64,000 nucleotides of DNA, taken from the NCBI GenBank assembly GCA_024137785.1, contig JAHRHZ010000289.1, forward strand, positions 35,942,767 through 36,006,766. Reading direction: 5' to 3'. Below, one piece after another: positions 24,861 to 38,354 of this stretch (within the stretch, counting starts at the first letter, position 1; every line of letters begins with the position of its first letter). The notes under the pieces are model-generated. The model did no database searches, was not told the DNA's origin, and worked only from the letters and a program-made list of their open reading frames with translations. A program made the translations under genes and the position numbers. The DNA comes from Ginglymostoma cirratum. Lineage: Eukaryota.

Positions 24861-25859
24861 TAACTAAATTGCTTTTCCATTAAATGTTAAGTTTTACCCT
24901 TATTGATATTTCCATTAGTTTGTCTGCAATCTGCCAACTGTCTGTATTAGTCGCTCTTAAAGCCTTAAATGTCTTTAAAACTGTAAATGTCCTATATTAC
25001 TTCTGGGTCCACTGGAATTCTCTGTTCTTTGGTCTATTCGAATTTTTACCATTGTTATCTTGTGCTGTTAAGCAATCATCTCCACTATGGGCACAGTATT
25101 TATGGTGAACCTAAATTGAATTCCAACCCACACCACTGATCACCATTTTGTACGTGCTGCACCGTCAGTATGTGGCTTGGAGTAGTTGGCTGCCACCATC
25201 CTCTTTCCTGACTGGATCTACTCTGTATCAAGTAGTAGAGGAGAACCACAGGTAAGTCTTAATGAGAAGTGACTCTTGTTTTAAACAGGATGTACTTTAC
25301 TGCAAGATAGAAATCAGACACAGGTTACACTAGCAAGTCTGACATTGTGATTAAGTCTATTAGGAGATGTAGGATGAAGACCTATGTACATAAGCTCTCA
25401 AGATGTTCTGCCTTTTCTCCAAAGTCCCATCATCAGATTACGTGGATCTTAAGTCAATCCCCAATATCTCCCTTTCAGAACAATTATGCGATAAAACAGC
25501 TGGCACTGAGTTTGGCACATTGGAATCAACATGCCAATGCTGATATTTATGGAGCCTCTCCTCAACTCTGTTTCCATCTGTGGAGAACTCCAAAAAAGGT
25601 TAGTGTTTTGTAACTACCTCATAAATGCCTTTCTAATATTTTTACATGATAACCAAATTTGGCAACAATACATTCAGTCTATTCATTGAAACCGTTGTAA
25701 AAGGTCGAGGACCAAGTACTGAATATGTGGCATGCCACTCATTTTGCCATCCAGGAAATGACCAACTCTCTGATTCAATTCTTTGTTTCAGACATACAGG
25801 GAAGATGTCAAGCTCTCTGTCTTCAACTCTATCTCCACCATTTCAATGTCTCTATTGTT

Positions 25860-26490
25860 TGTGAAGAACATATTCCTGGATTATTATAATCTCATCCCAC
25901 GAGAAAGACTGGACATGTCATCACATTCACTTCCACAAACTCTATAATGTTGTTAATGATTCTCTTCAACCTCACAGCCACTCTCAAACTGAATCAGTCT
26001 GTTCACACAAGGTGAGACTCCAGTTCCATTGCCTCTGGATCACAAAGAATCTTGCCACCTCCAGACTTGATTTTATTAGTGCTATCTTGCACAGCCACAG
26101 ACACTCTACCCTTGATAACTTTTGTTAATTCAAACTATATTGTCTGTAATCTATCCTACACAAATTCACACTCTTCAATCACCTTTATTCATACTGATCT
26201 CCATTCAGTCCTGTCTCCCAAACAGTACAAATTTAGTATTCTCATTCTGATACTGAAATTACTTCTGGCATTCACCTTCTCCTTTTTCCCTAAGCTTCTT
26301 CAGCTCTTTCCAGTTCTTCATTCATCTAACTTCTCTTTATTGTACCTCCCCTTCCCTCTGCACCACCACGGATGCAATCTCTTCAGCTGTTTAATTCACA
26401 GACTCTGGAATTCCTTCTCCAAAGCAATCTGCCTCTGCACCCTCTCCTTCCCTAAGGCTACTCCTAAAACTAACCATTTTGACTGATACT
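25860..26490 (+). mobile_element. Old L2 LINE 3' fragment
   Basis: ORF 26052-26486 resembles the L2 C-terminus (DLH...KFSILIL...RLWNSF...KTNHFD). Confidence 0.6.
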
Positions 26491-26559
26491 TTGCTAAACC
26501 CTAGAAACATCTCTCGCCCAATTTTTTAAAATTGCATCGCTCTTTTTGCTGCTATGCTT

Positions 26560-28650
26560 CCTTCCATCTCAGCGCCTTCAATGGGTTGCTACAGGCAATG
26601 ATCAAGTGATGATCTGCAAACGTGCGCAGTCAATGATAACCACAAATTGCAGTCCTATCACATCCAGTCGTGAATGGTGGTGAGCAATTATACATGTCAC
26701 TGGAGGAGGAGGCTCCACAAATATCTCCATCCTCAATGATGAAAGAGCCCAACGTATCAGTGCAAAAGACAAGGCTGGTGCATTTACAACAATGGATGAT
26801 CCATCTCAGCCTCTTCCAGTGGTCCCTAGCATCACAGTGAACAGTTTTCAGTCAGTTCGATTCATTCCGCATGATATCAAGAAATGGTTGGAGACATTGG
26901 ATGCTGCAAAGGCTATGGAGCCTGACAACATTCTAGCAATAGTACCAGAGGCCTGTGCTCCAGAACTTGCCGCTCCCCTAATCAAGTTCTTTCAGTACAG
27001 TTACAGCAATGGTATCTACCTGACAATATGGAAAATAACCCAGGTACACAAAAACAGGACAAATCCAACATGGGTAATTACCGCCCCATCAGTCTACTCT
27101 CGATCATCAGTGAAGGGATGGAAGGTGTCATCAGCAGCACTATTAAAAAAACACCTGCTCAGCAATAACTTGCTCATTGACACCCAGTTTGGGTTTCACC
27201 AAAGCTACTCAGCTCCTGACCTCATTACAGCTTTGGTTCAAACATGGACAAAAGAGCTGAATTCCAGAAGTGAAGAGGGAATGACAGCCCTTGACATCAA
27301 AGCTTCCTTTGACTGAGTGTGATATCAAAGAGCCCTAGCAAATATGGGCTCAATGGGTATCGGGGGCGAGCTCTCCATTAGTTGAAATCATAACTGGCAC
27401 ATAGGAAGATGGTTGTGGTTGTTGGAGGTCTGTCATCTCAGCTCCAGGATATCTTTGTAGGACATCAGGGTAGTATCCTAGCTCCTACCATTTTCAGCTG
27501 CTTCATTAATGACCTTCCCTCCATCATAAGATAAGAAGCAAAATGTTCGGCACCGTTTGCGACTCCTCAGATACCGAAGCAGTCCATGTTCAAATGTAAC
27601 AAGATCTGGACAATATCCAGATTTGGGCTGACAAGTGGCAAGTGACATTCGTGCCACACAAATGCCAGGCACAATCTTAACAGCACCTCTTTACACACAA
27701 CAATGTTACAATCACTGAATCCCCCGTTACCAATATCCTTGGGGTTACCATTGCCCAGAAATCCAACTGGACTCACCACATAAGTACAGTGGCTACAAGA
27801 ACAGGTCAGAGACTAGGAATACTGCGAAGAGTAACTCATCTCCTCATAGAATTATAGAATACCCCACAGTGCGGAAACAAGCCATTCAGCCCAACAGGTC
27901 CACACCGACCCTCCAAACAGCATCCCACCCAGAACCATCTCCCTACCCTATTCCTGTAACCCTGCATTTCCTGTGGCTAATGCACCTACGCATCCCTGAA
28001 CACTATGGGTTATTTAGCATTGCCAATCCACCCAACTGGCACATCTTTCGACTGTGGGAGGAAACCAGAGCACCTGGCGGAAACCCACCTCCTGACTCCC
28101 CAAAGCCCTGTCTACCATCTACGAGGCATAAGTCAGGAGTATGATAGAATACTCCTTGCTTGCCTGGATGAATGCAACTGTATCCCAGCACTCAAAAAGC
28201 TTTACACTATCCAGGCCAAAGCAGCCTGCTTGATTGGCACCACTTCCACTAGCATCCACTCCCTCCATTCCTAACACTCAGTAGCAGCAGTGTCTAGTAT
28301 CTACAAGAAGCACTGCAGAAATTCAGCCAAAATCCTTAGACTGTACCTTCCAAATCCATGACCACTTCCATCTAGAAGGACAGGGCCAGCAGATACATGG
28401 GAACACCACCACCTGCAATTTCCCCTCCAAGCTACTCACCATCCTGACTTGGAATTATATCTCGCTCCTTCACTGTCACTCATCAAAATACTGGAATTCT
28501 GGAATTCCCTCCATAAGGGCATTGTGGGTCTACCTGAAGCATGCCGATTGAGAAGTCAGCTCGCTACCACCTTCTCAAGGGCAAGGGCAACTGGGGCTGG
28601 GCAATAAATGCTGGCCAGCCAGTGATGCCCACAGCCCATGAATGAATAAA
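26560..28650 (+). mobile_element. L2/CR1-group LINE, RT to 3' end, decayed
   Basis: ORF 26792-27316 reads KAMEPDNI...QFGFHQ...ALDIKASFD. Downstream is QGSILAPTIFSCFINDLP, and the tail is CCCATGAATGAATAAAA. Confidence 0.9.
27845..28085 (-). mobile_element. 5'-truncated HE1 SINE inserted in the LINE
   Basis: HE1 tail and V-domain, flanked by CA(T/C)CTCCT at 27837-27844 and 28086-28093. The LINE sequence resumes after it. Confidence 0.8.
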
Positions 28651-30302
28651 AGTAATCAACACTCAATACTGTATAATATAGTGTTACCACATGTCACTGC
28701 CAGTAAGTTCAATGCTACCTGATTCACCTTGGTATTTCCTCGTACTCAGCAACTATCATTCTTTGTTGTGGTAGGGTTGCTTCAATTGGCCTCTGTGCTA
28801 GACAAAGAAGAATCGAATCTCTTCTAATTATTATTCAGTCACCCTTCATTGCACAATACATTGATAATGATTGTCAATATTGATTAAGGATGGAACAATT
28901 AACACATTTGTTAAAATTCTCATAATATTACTACAGTGAAAATAGTTCTGAATACCGTGGGAAAACAGGTTTATTGGATTATGTTTTTTCTGGAAATTAC
29001 TCATTGCAACTGCATATATTTCCCTTAATATGCAATGGAGGCAATTATTGACTGTAAAGGTAACAGTTTTTGCGATGAAATATACTTTGCAGCATTAAAT
29101 GTATTTTGCAAAGTTGTACACATTCTTGTCACATCATGAATTACATTGTTTAAACTGCATGAGTAGTAAATGGAAGTAAGAACAAAATCTGAACTATCGT
29201 GTTGGAAAATCTGGCTTTCTCTCTTGCACTTGTCCTTTGATTCTCTCTTGTTGAGTAACTCATTCAATGGTGATATGTCTGGTGCATAATGGTTCTACAA
29301 GGGGCATAAGCTCTTTGCTATTTTACTTAGGGGAGTGATTCTTCATGTAAAAACATGGATATTGATATCAGTGGCATAACCAACCATTAATCATGACAAC
29401 TTGATCCAGCCATTACCTACTGTAGAGTTTTGAACAGGAATTGATAGATAATGATGATAAGTAGAAACTTGAACAGATTTCCTCTTCTGAATTGGGTACA
29501 CAAAAATTTATTGTGGCACTTGACTCTATTGGCTTGACTGAGCAAATAATTATTTCAACATTTATCAGGAAGCTTCATGGTTAATATGAATCAGTAGAGT
29601 AAAATATCCTACACACAGCTCAAAATGACAATTTACAGAATAAAGTATAATGATATTGAAGCCTTTACTGTCAAAAATCTCTAACCGTTTAGCAATTTAC
29701 TTGAGTTTGAAGTATATGTGATTGTTTTTATCTTATCTTCACTCTCTATTTCTAAAGGCTAAGTGAAAAATCCATTATTTGTCCAGCAACATTAGCTCTG
29801 CATCACCACCAGCCCAAGTTCTTAAAATTATTAAAGATAAATTATGAAATGTTCAGATGATTGTCAATCTAGCATTGTGGTAATTTGTGCAGTTGTCTCT
29901 GTGGTCTTGGCAGACACAGCTTGCTCAGGAAACATTGTATCATGATGTCTTTGCATTTCTGTTCAAGAGGACAATTAATAGTACAGCATTTTACTCTTGT
30001 AAATAGTCCTCATAATCCTTCCAGGTATTGTTATTACTGCTAACTACAACTAATTTATGCCAATTAGGAGCAAGTTGAAAAACGCATTAAAGCAGTTTAT
30101 AATTACCTAATATTCTCAAGATTAATAAAAAGAAAGTTTCCATCTACATGTATTTGATCATTGTTACAGGTTTTGTTTAACCAGATTTATTTAATCTATA
30201 TAATAGGGCTTACATTTGCTTGCCATTTCCACGTGCTTCATCAATAATAGAAATTCCACATCTTCTAACTGCCTCTACATAATTAATCAATATTATGGCA
30301 TA

Positions 30303-30665
30303 TCATAGAACATAGAACATAGAACAGTACAGCACAGTACAGGCCCTTTGGCCCACGATGTTTTGCCGAACTTTTACCATAATCCTAAAGTCTATCTAAC
30401 CTCCACCCTTACCTTATACTATCATCCATATGTCTATCTAATAGCTGCTTAAATGCCTCTAATGAGGCCGACTCCAGTACCCTCTCCAGCAATGCATTCC
30501 ACGCCCCTACCACTCTCTGAATAAAGAACCTACCTCTGACATCTCCCCTATATCTACCTCCACTCACTTTAAAAGTATGCCCCCTCGTAATAGCTACGTC
30601 CACCCTACGCAAAAGTCTCTGGCTGTCAACTCTATCTATACGTCTGATCATTTTGTACACCTCTT
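30303..30665 (-). mobile_element. CR1 LINE 3' end
   Basis: Minus ORF reads YKMIRRIDRVD...TRGH...GRFFIQRVVGAWNAL. Tail is (CATAGAA)n on the plus strand. Confidence 0.88.
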
Positions 30666-30935
30666 AAATCTTTCATTACTGAACCACTTTCTCGCAGAAA
30701 CATTTTCTCTTTATTTGCTCAATTAAAACCCTTCATAATTTCAAACTACTCTACTAGATTTATCCTCAAATTGCTCCATTTCTTCGATTACATCAGTGAC
30801 TGCTATCATGGAGGCTTTTTTTTTGAGGATTTCAGGTTTCAACAGTGGTGGTAAAATGGATTTGCTTCAAGTTTTGTGGAGCTACCTGGATTCATTTTTT
30901 TTTACAAATGGAACAGTGCAAGGACATTGGAATAT

Positions 30936-31039
30936 TTCTTTGAAAAAGACACTTCTGAGAAATCAAATGACTTCAGCTAATTGCTTGGACTGGCTTCTCA
31001 GAAATTACCCGCCTGGGTTTTACAGCTGCCTTCTTTGAA
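30936..31039. promoter_or_regulatory. Cluster of four STAT (GAS) motifs, candidate cytokine/GH-responsive enhancer
   Basis: TTCTTTGAA 30936, TTCTGAGAA 30953, TTCTCAGAA 30995 and TTCTTTGAA 31031, in sequence not recognised as a repeat. Confidence 0.55.
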
Positions 31040-31309
31040 TGATTTTACTTAGAAATTCTTTAATTTTGAATTGGGGTAAATGTCTGTCAAGGAAAGGCTG
31101 CCCAGTTCACCTCTCCCCTGCTTCTGAAATGAAACTGTTTTGAAACTTTATTATCCTCTTGAAGTGTGATGCAAAGACATCATGATACAATGTTTCCTGA
31201 GCAAGCTGTATCTGCCAAGACCCCAGGGACAACCACACATGTTGCCAGAATGTTAGATTGACAGTCATCTGAACATTTCCACACTTTATCCATTTTACCT
31301 TCAAGAACT

Positions 31310-31605
31310 TGGGGTTGTTGTGGTATAGTGCTAATGCCATTGGACAAGAAATCCATCCAGACCCCATGGCCTACATTTTGGAGCTATCGGTCCAATCTCA
31401 CCATCACATGTAAATACCATTGATTATTATAAAAACCATCTAATGTCCTTTAGGGAAGGAAACCTGCCACATTTACCTGCTCTGGCCTACATGTGATTCC
31501 AGACCACAGCAATGCTATTGACCCCTAATATCCCTCTGGGCAATTAGGTGTGGGCAATAAATTTTGGCCTGGACAGCAAATTCCACATCCCATGAATGAA
31601 TGATT
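31310..31605 (+). mobile_element. SINE-B
   Basis: Core CTAATGTCCTTTAGGGAAGGAAACCTGCC...GGCCTACATGTGATTCCAGA; tail CCCATGAATGAATG. Confidence 0.75.
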
Positions 31606-32634
31606 TAAAAAGAACTAATATTTATAGATCAAAAGTGTTGTTATTTGTCCTGAACTGAATCTCTGTAGTGAGAAATCCATTCTCCCTTTACCTGGTGTGC
31701 ATGTTTTGGTTTATTTAGATGGGTTTGCATTTATATTTTCCGTAATACAAACTGTGTTAACCAGTTCTGCATCTCCATTGAATAAATTTTGATTTGTAAT
31801 GAATCAATCATTTTGTTGCTTTTTGTGCAAGAATGGAACTATGAAACAGATTTTAACCTGCTTCTAAACCTGTTGGGATCTCAGCGAGGCATCATAAAGT
31901 GAATTTTTTTTAAAAAAGCATTTTTGTAGAGGAGGGCTGAAGAAACAGAACAGTTTGAGCAAGAACCCATGAAGAAATCACAGGTCTCTGCTGCACTAGA
32001 CTATCACACTATCCTGCCACCAGCCCCCAGCTCCACCCCACCCTCCCACCTCCCCATTGTAGGAGCTTTGCAAGATCAGCCTTCACTCACCTTCTCTGGA
32101 CTTAAGCGACTGTCAACAATTGTGTTCATCTGCACTGTTTCAATCATGCAGTGTCAGCGGCAGGTTATCACGTACTGTGTAGCCAGCTGCAGTATTATTA
32201 TTTTTAATCACCTTGTTCAGGCATGTCATGACACACCTCTGAATCAGATGGGACTTGAACTTAGAATTTTCTGCCCCAGAGATAGGGACATTGCCAACAT
32301 GCCACAAGGTCCTCCCCCTTCTTCTTCTGGCAAGCTGTGTCTCTGACAACCATTTTTCACCTCCTGCTGTCAGCCAGTTGCCACTTCCTGTTGGAAACTT
32401 CCCAACTAGGAAAACAAAAAGGCAGAGACAAAAGAGTTGCTTACTTGCAAAAAGTTCTGTTCGAATTTCCAACCCGTGTCATGTCTTCTTCAATGATCCA
32501 GGCTCTTGCTATGCTGTGATTCCATTAAGAACTGAAAGCCCTCTTGGTACCGCATTAAAGTAGCCATCCTTCATTTAAGAGTTTAGTGAGCACATTTTAG
32601 TGAATTATTTGACCATTGGCTCATGGCAGACTTA

Positions 32635-33320
32635 GAGTCATAAAGGTCTACAGCACTGAAAGAGGCTCTTCAACACACTGAGTATGCATCGGTCAAAAAC
32701 CATCTAACTATTCTAATCGCATTTTCCAGCACTTGGTCCACAGTCTTGTATGCCTTGGCATTGCAAGTGTACATCTAAATACTTCTTAAATGCCATGAGG
32801 GTTTCTGCCTCTACCACCTTTACAGGCAGTGAGTTCTAGATTCCCACCACCCTCTGATTTCTTCCTCACATCCCCTCTAAACCTCTTGCCCCTTACCTCA
32901 AATCCATGCTCCTGGTCATTGATCCATCCATCAAGGGGAAAACTTTCTTCCAGCTATCCCTTCCATGCCCCTCATAACTTCACACATCTTAATCATGTCC
33001 TCACTTTGTCTCCTCTGCCCCAAGGAAAATAACTCCAGTCTACCCAATTTTTATTCATAATTAAAATTCTCCAGTCTAGGCAACACCCTGGCAAATCTCC
33101 TCTGCGCCTTCTCCAGCACAATCACATCTCTCCTATAATCTGGATTCTAGAACAGCACACAATACTTGAGCTGCAGTGTAACCAACATTTTATACAATTC
33201 CTATATCAGCTCCTTGCTCCTAAACTCTGTGCCTCAGCTAATAAAGGCAAATATCCCATATGCCTTCGTAACCACTTTAGCTACCTGTTCCTATGTTAAG
33301 GGGCCAGTGGACATGCACAC
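32635..33320 (-). mobile_element. CR1 LINE 3' part
   Basis: Antisense CR1 3' UTR and ORF2 end, homologous to the CR1 at ~50800-51160. Confidence 0.75.
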
Positions 33321-33884
33321 CAAATCCAATCATGATCTTAACTAGTTTTCACATAGTTTCCAATAGGCAAATAATTCTTGGGAGTGGGATTATTAGCTGA
33401 TGCTCCCAATCTTGCTAGCCTGGAGATATTACATTAGAATAACCATTATGGAGGACATTGGGAATGGATATTATCACTTTCCTAACCCTAAACAGTTCAG
33501 TGCAGAGAGTCCTCATTTAACATTCTCCATTTCATTGTTATGTAATCTGAACATCTTCTAGGGCTTTTTTCCTCGATTCACGTTTGTTTTTCCAGATTTA
33601 CATCATGCATTGAGCTTCAACCCATGTTTGAGCCAACGAACATCAGGAATTGCTTGGTGCTGAGAATTCAGAGTGACACAGATAAAGAGAAAGATGTCTG
33701 TACAGAGATTGTGAAATAGCTCAAACAAATAGATTCTGTTGCTTCATACAGAAGTGCGTGGCTTTCTGGATTTGCTCAATAACTATTGAAAGGGGGCAAT
33801 TGTACTTTGCCATACATCGGGGAGGTTTTTCATTATATCTGAAGGGTTGGGAATGTTTAAAATCAAAATTCTTTTGCAAAACTA

Positions 33885-34195
33885 GTCCAAAGCTGGAGGC
33901 CGTAGGTTTAAGGTGAGAGTGGAAAGATTTAAAAGGAACCTGAGGGGCAACCTTTTCATGCAGAAGGTGGTGATTGCATGGAATGAGCTGCCAGAGGAAG
34001 TGGTGGAGCCTGGTACAATAACAACATTTAAAAGGCATCTATATGGGTATATGATTAGGAAGGGTTTAGAGGGATATGGGCCAAATGCTGGCAAATAGGA
34101 CTAGATTAACTTGGGGTATCTGTTCAGCATGGATGAGTTGAACTAAGTGGGTCTGTTTCGGTGCTGTACAACTCTGTGACTCTGACTATGATTCT
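33885..34195 (+). mobile_element. CR1 LINE 3' end
   Basis: Reads ERFKRNLRGNLFMQKVVIAWNELPEEVVE, with a CR1 tail. Confidence 0.85.
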
Positions 34196-34749
34196 AAAAA
34201 TGACACAATGATCATTTTACATGATTATCTAAAGTATGGACATTTTTCCCAGGAAAATAACAAAGTAGAAACAGAAATATACCAAGAAGAAGTTACCTGC
34301 ATGCTTGAAACAACAAAATAATGCTTAACATTTTACAGTAATTACATGATCGTAATTACTGATCCAGTAATGCATTTTATTTTACAAGTTATTTCAGCTA
34401 GGAATGCACAGTGCTGCACATATGTGGGGCAGTATTTCAATGCGTACATCAGTCTTTCCGGTCAAGATAATATCCAAAGGAACTTAACATCTTATTTAAC
34501 GTTGCTCCCTTTATTCACTTAAAGCCATTTTACTGATTCTCGGTAATGTTAAATCACAAGCTGAAGGGGCCATTCCGACCCTCCAACCATCAAGTAAATT
34601 CATCTGTACTTCAGCTTAACTTGGGCTGCATCATTCCACAGTAGACAGTCAGTTTATCCACCAAACTATTATTTGGGTTTTTGGTAAATGGGACTATTTG
34701 ATCCAGGAACGTAATGGGAAACAACTGCCTTTACTATTCCAATTTTTAA

Positions 34750-35830
34750 AAAAATACAGGTTGCTCCTGGAGCGAGAATTATCGCTTTAAAAACAAACCT
34801 GTTGATTAACTCATATATGCATTTTTAGTTGTAGTTTTTAATGCGCCAAATATTTGAAGGATTGGCTTGCAGGAGCTGGCTCCCCTCCAGGTTTGACGAA
34901 GTTCCTGGAGGTTCCAGGTTTTGCATCTTGGAGGCTACCTCTTCCCATGACAGTCAGTGCAGGAACTCGGCGCTTAAGCGAAAGTCTGTGGAACACTCGC
35001 AGACGCGAAGCGTGGGCAGACCGGCTCCAGGACTTTATCGTTTCGCTCATCAAGATGGGACTGAAGATTGCTCGCCATCTGGAGAGCTGAGGGGCTGGGG
35101 AAACGTGGGGATTCCAGGATAGCACTCCTGCTCTGGGATATTCCAGGAAAGTGTTTGACCCAGGTAAGCAGTAACATTGTCAGATAGCCGAAAGTTGTCA
35201 TTCCTGCCCCTTGCTCAGGTTTATGGGCTGCAGCGTTCTGCGCTGTGATGGCCAGCTAACAACTTCGGAAACAGGCGGCTGTTGGTGGACATTAATTGAA
35301 GCCACAGTAAGACAGCGGCTCCATTGAAAGTGTGCTCTGTGCAACTTGGGATTCAATTAAGTTATCTCAGTGCATTGAACTGGACGAGAAAGCAGGAGCG
35401 AAACTATAGTTTCATGCAAGGATATTTCAATGCAATCTGCCTCAAATCAAATACAGCTCAAAAAAGCAATTTTGAAATTTGTAGAGGGAATCGGATTTAA
35501 AGTTCGGATCTGGAGCGATCGTCCAAGGAGGCGGGGATTAGTCAGTCTCATGTGTTCCAGTCAGCTCCAAAAACCGAAGAGGGCTCGGAGTATATAGGTG
35601 GGGGCAATGTGCCACTGGGCGAGATTTGCTTTCAATTAAAAAAAATCCGTCTCATTTAATATTGGTTCTCAGTCACTAAACTGGTTAGTTTTCTATTGTA
35701 TGACCCGTCAGCTCCCGCAATGCACCAGCCTTGGGTTACGAAGTGCCAAAAATGAATTCCAACGCGATTAGCCGGCACCGAAACCCTGCACTCACTCACC
35801 AGTTTCCCACGAGCAGATAGAAGTCAGCCC
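34750..35830. promoter_or_regulatory. CpG-enriched promoter-like island
   Basis: Main extended CpG-retaining, repeat-free stretch in the window. GC box GAGGCGGGG ~35528, TATATA 35591, minus-strand CCAAT ~35661, TGACCCGTCA 35701, GAS TTCCAGGAA 35141. Splice donors CAG|GTAAGC (+, after 35163) and CTG|GTGAGT (-, after 35800). Confidence 0.55.
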
Positions 35831-36469
35831 CACTCTGTCAATGTTCTGTGGACGATTTGGAGAAGGTGCTGTTCCATACACCAGTGAAACACCTTGGCTG
35901 GTTCAGTCTTCCTGCAATGTGCTTAAACTGAATTAATTAAACTGACTGAGTTATCTCCATCTCTTTTTATTGAGTTCACCCTTGGCATTCTTCATCTAAA
36001 AGCCTTTAATCCTTCACTTAAGCTTCTGAATTGAAAATAATAAACCCAAATTTAAAATTAACTTAAGAATGTACATATGAATAAAACTAAAGCAATAAAG
36101 TAAGGAATATCCTTTAGGCTATCAGGGGTCAAGAGAATCCTAATAGCTCTATGACAATTCTGTCACTATTGTATACAAATGCTTTTGAAAGGTTGCCCAG
36201 GTGCAGTGAAGTTTTATCCTGAATTGTAGAATATTGAATATTGGGAAGACATGTAACAAGGACTTGAACAAATGTATTTTTTGGAAAAAATGTGCCCTAT
36301 TTTAATATAAGCAAGAAACATACCCCCATGATTTTGCGTGAGTGTTGTCAAGCTTTTAGGAAAAATGTTTCAATTCAACACTATTAACATGAGACCTTTG
36401 CAAACAGGGAGTTTCTGAGTTGAGTTTTTAAATTTCTAAGTTAATTTTTCTTTCATAACTAGCAAGACC

Positions 36470-36825
36470 ATCATTTGTTGCACCTTCCCAATTTCCATAG
36501 AACTGAGTGGCTTGTTTGGCCTTTTTAAAGGGCATTAAGAATCAACTTCTTTGACCTAGGACGGGAGCCGCATGTAGGCTAGACCATGTAAGGATAGAAA
36601 ATTCCATCCCCTACGTGGCCATTTGTGAATCAGCTAGGTCTCTATGATGATCGATATTAGCTACCTTTTCGCAATCACTGAGTCAGCTTTCAATCCCAGT
36701 TTTACGATTAAACTCAAATTTCTCAATGTGCTATGGTGGGACTTAAACCTGTGTCTGTTGAGAATCAGACAGGATCTCTGGATTACTAGTCCAGTAACAT
36801 TACCAGTACGATATCAACTCCCCTT
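36470..36825 (-). mobile_element. Decayed SINE-B
   Basis: CATGTAGGCTAGACC...AAGGATAG core and a head region homologous to 1125-1450. Confidence 0.6.
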
Positions 36826-38354
36826 AAAAACACAGTCCATTGAAGAAAATTGTAATCTCCCTTTACAATGGTAGTTAATTCCCCCTCACCATGAAAAATA
36901 GTGGTAAATGGTAAGAATTGATGGAAGAGATAGCTGGTCGCGCGATATATTGAAGCTCCAGGGCGTGTACTTGTCTTAGTGATCTTCCATATGCCAAAGC
37001 CTGTTAGCTGTGCATTCATGTCGGTTTGGCGAATGAAAGCCAACCGCAGCTCTACTTGCTGAGTAAAGACAAGCCCTTCCTCACAGTGCAAACTAGCTAC
37101 TGAGGTTTTGGAGCCTTATGTTGAGGTTTTCGATGAGTAAATACTGAGATCAGAGGGAATGCTTCATGTAATTACTTTGCAATGGCGCATGAAAGACATC
37201 AAGTGTGGGAAGACTCAAGAAAAGTCATGGTGGCATTGGTAAAAGGTGGAGAGAAGAATGCTTTAAAGTTCAGTCTTAATGACAACAAAAATGTGAAACT
37301 TAACAGGTCTCAGATCTCACAGTGTCAAATAATACTTCTTTGTTACGTAGTACTCCAACAATCATTAGAATGTTTGCTCCAAGTGCCTAGGATAAACAGA
37401 ATATCTCAGTGCTGTCCAAGATTTCTAGCTTTCCTTCTTGTGTGTGTTTTACACATGCAAAAGAACTGTGTTAAATCCTGTTGAAAGCTCCACTGTTTTC
37501 ATGTAAATACACTGACTCCTAAATCAGGTCATGGTGTGAATGAGCTGTTGAAGTTTTGAAATCTAATGCTGGGGTTTTACCTTGGTGGGTATTAGCATCA
37601 GGGGAATGTTTCATGGGATGTAGACAAACTGTTGTGGCTAAGCGGAAGAATAATCTTTCACTGATTATTACAAAATAGTAGCTGATGTCCTTTAAGAAGG
37701 TTGCAGAATTGACTGATATTGATTCCAATCTCAGCCAAATTTGAGGTCCTGAGGTCAAAATTAAATATTCAAAGGGAATAACTCTTGTCAAATTTTGCAT
37801 TCATTTTCAATAGTGGCTTGATCCATGCTAACAACAAGAAAACTGGAATATTGGTATTTATCTACATCTCCAAAATACCATGTTACATAGATTGTCAGAA
37901 AAACAGATCTGACAATCTGACAGTTCTGACAGCATCTGCGAAGAGAGAAACACAGTTATGTTTTATGGCTTCACAACATTAACTGGAATAGACATTGCCC
38001 GGAAATGTTGACTGGATATTGAGTGACATGAAATGTAAATTGTTTTCTCATTCTTGCTATTCTTGGATCTAAAATTGAAAGTACAGATCCTCATACTGAT
38101 TGTACAACAGTGCATAGCAGCTCCTTGGCTGTGCATTAAGCCTCATATTTTCTGGAGGCAGTACATACTGTCCCAGGATGATCACAGACTGCCAAACAGG
38201 TTATAAAGAAAGGTAACAAAGATAGACTACGTAGACTGGGTTCCGGAAAGACTAAATATTGTAAATATGGATAACAATAGCATTTATGTGTTTATGAAGA
38301 GGAAAAATAAAATTTGTACATGAGATTTTTATGAAATCTTGTGTATGAAAGCCT

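Noticed and set aside
24067-24867. Longest ORFs in the track (266, 192 and 162 aa)
   Set aside because: Artefacts of translating through the N gap.
26792-27316. 174-aa RT-like ORF as a functional gene or retron-like system
   Set aside because: Frameshifted fragment of a decayed LINE with stops downstream.
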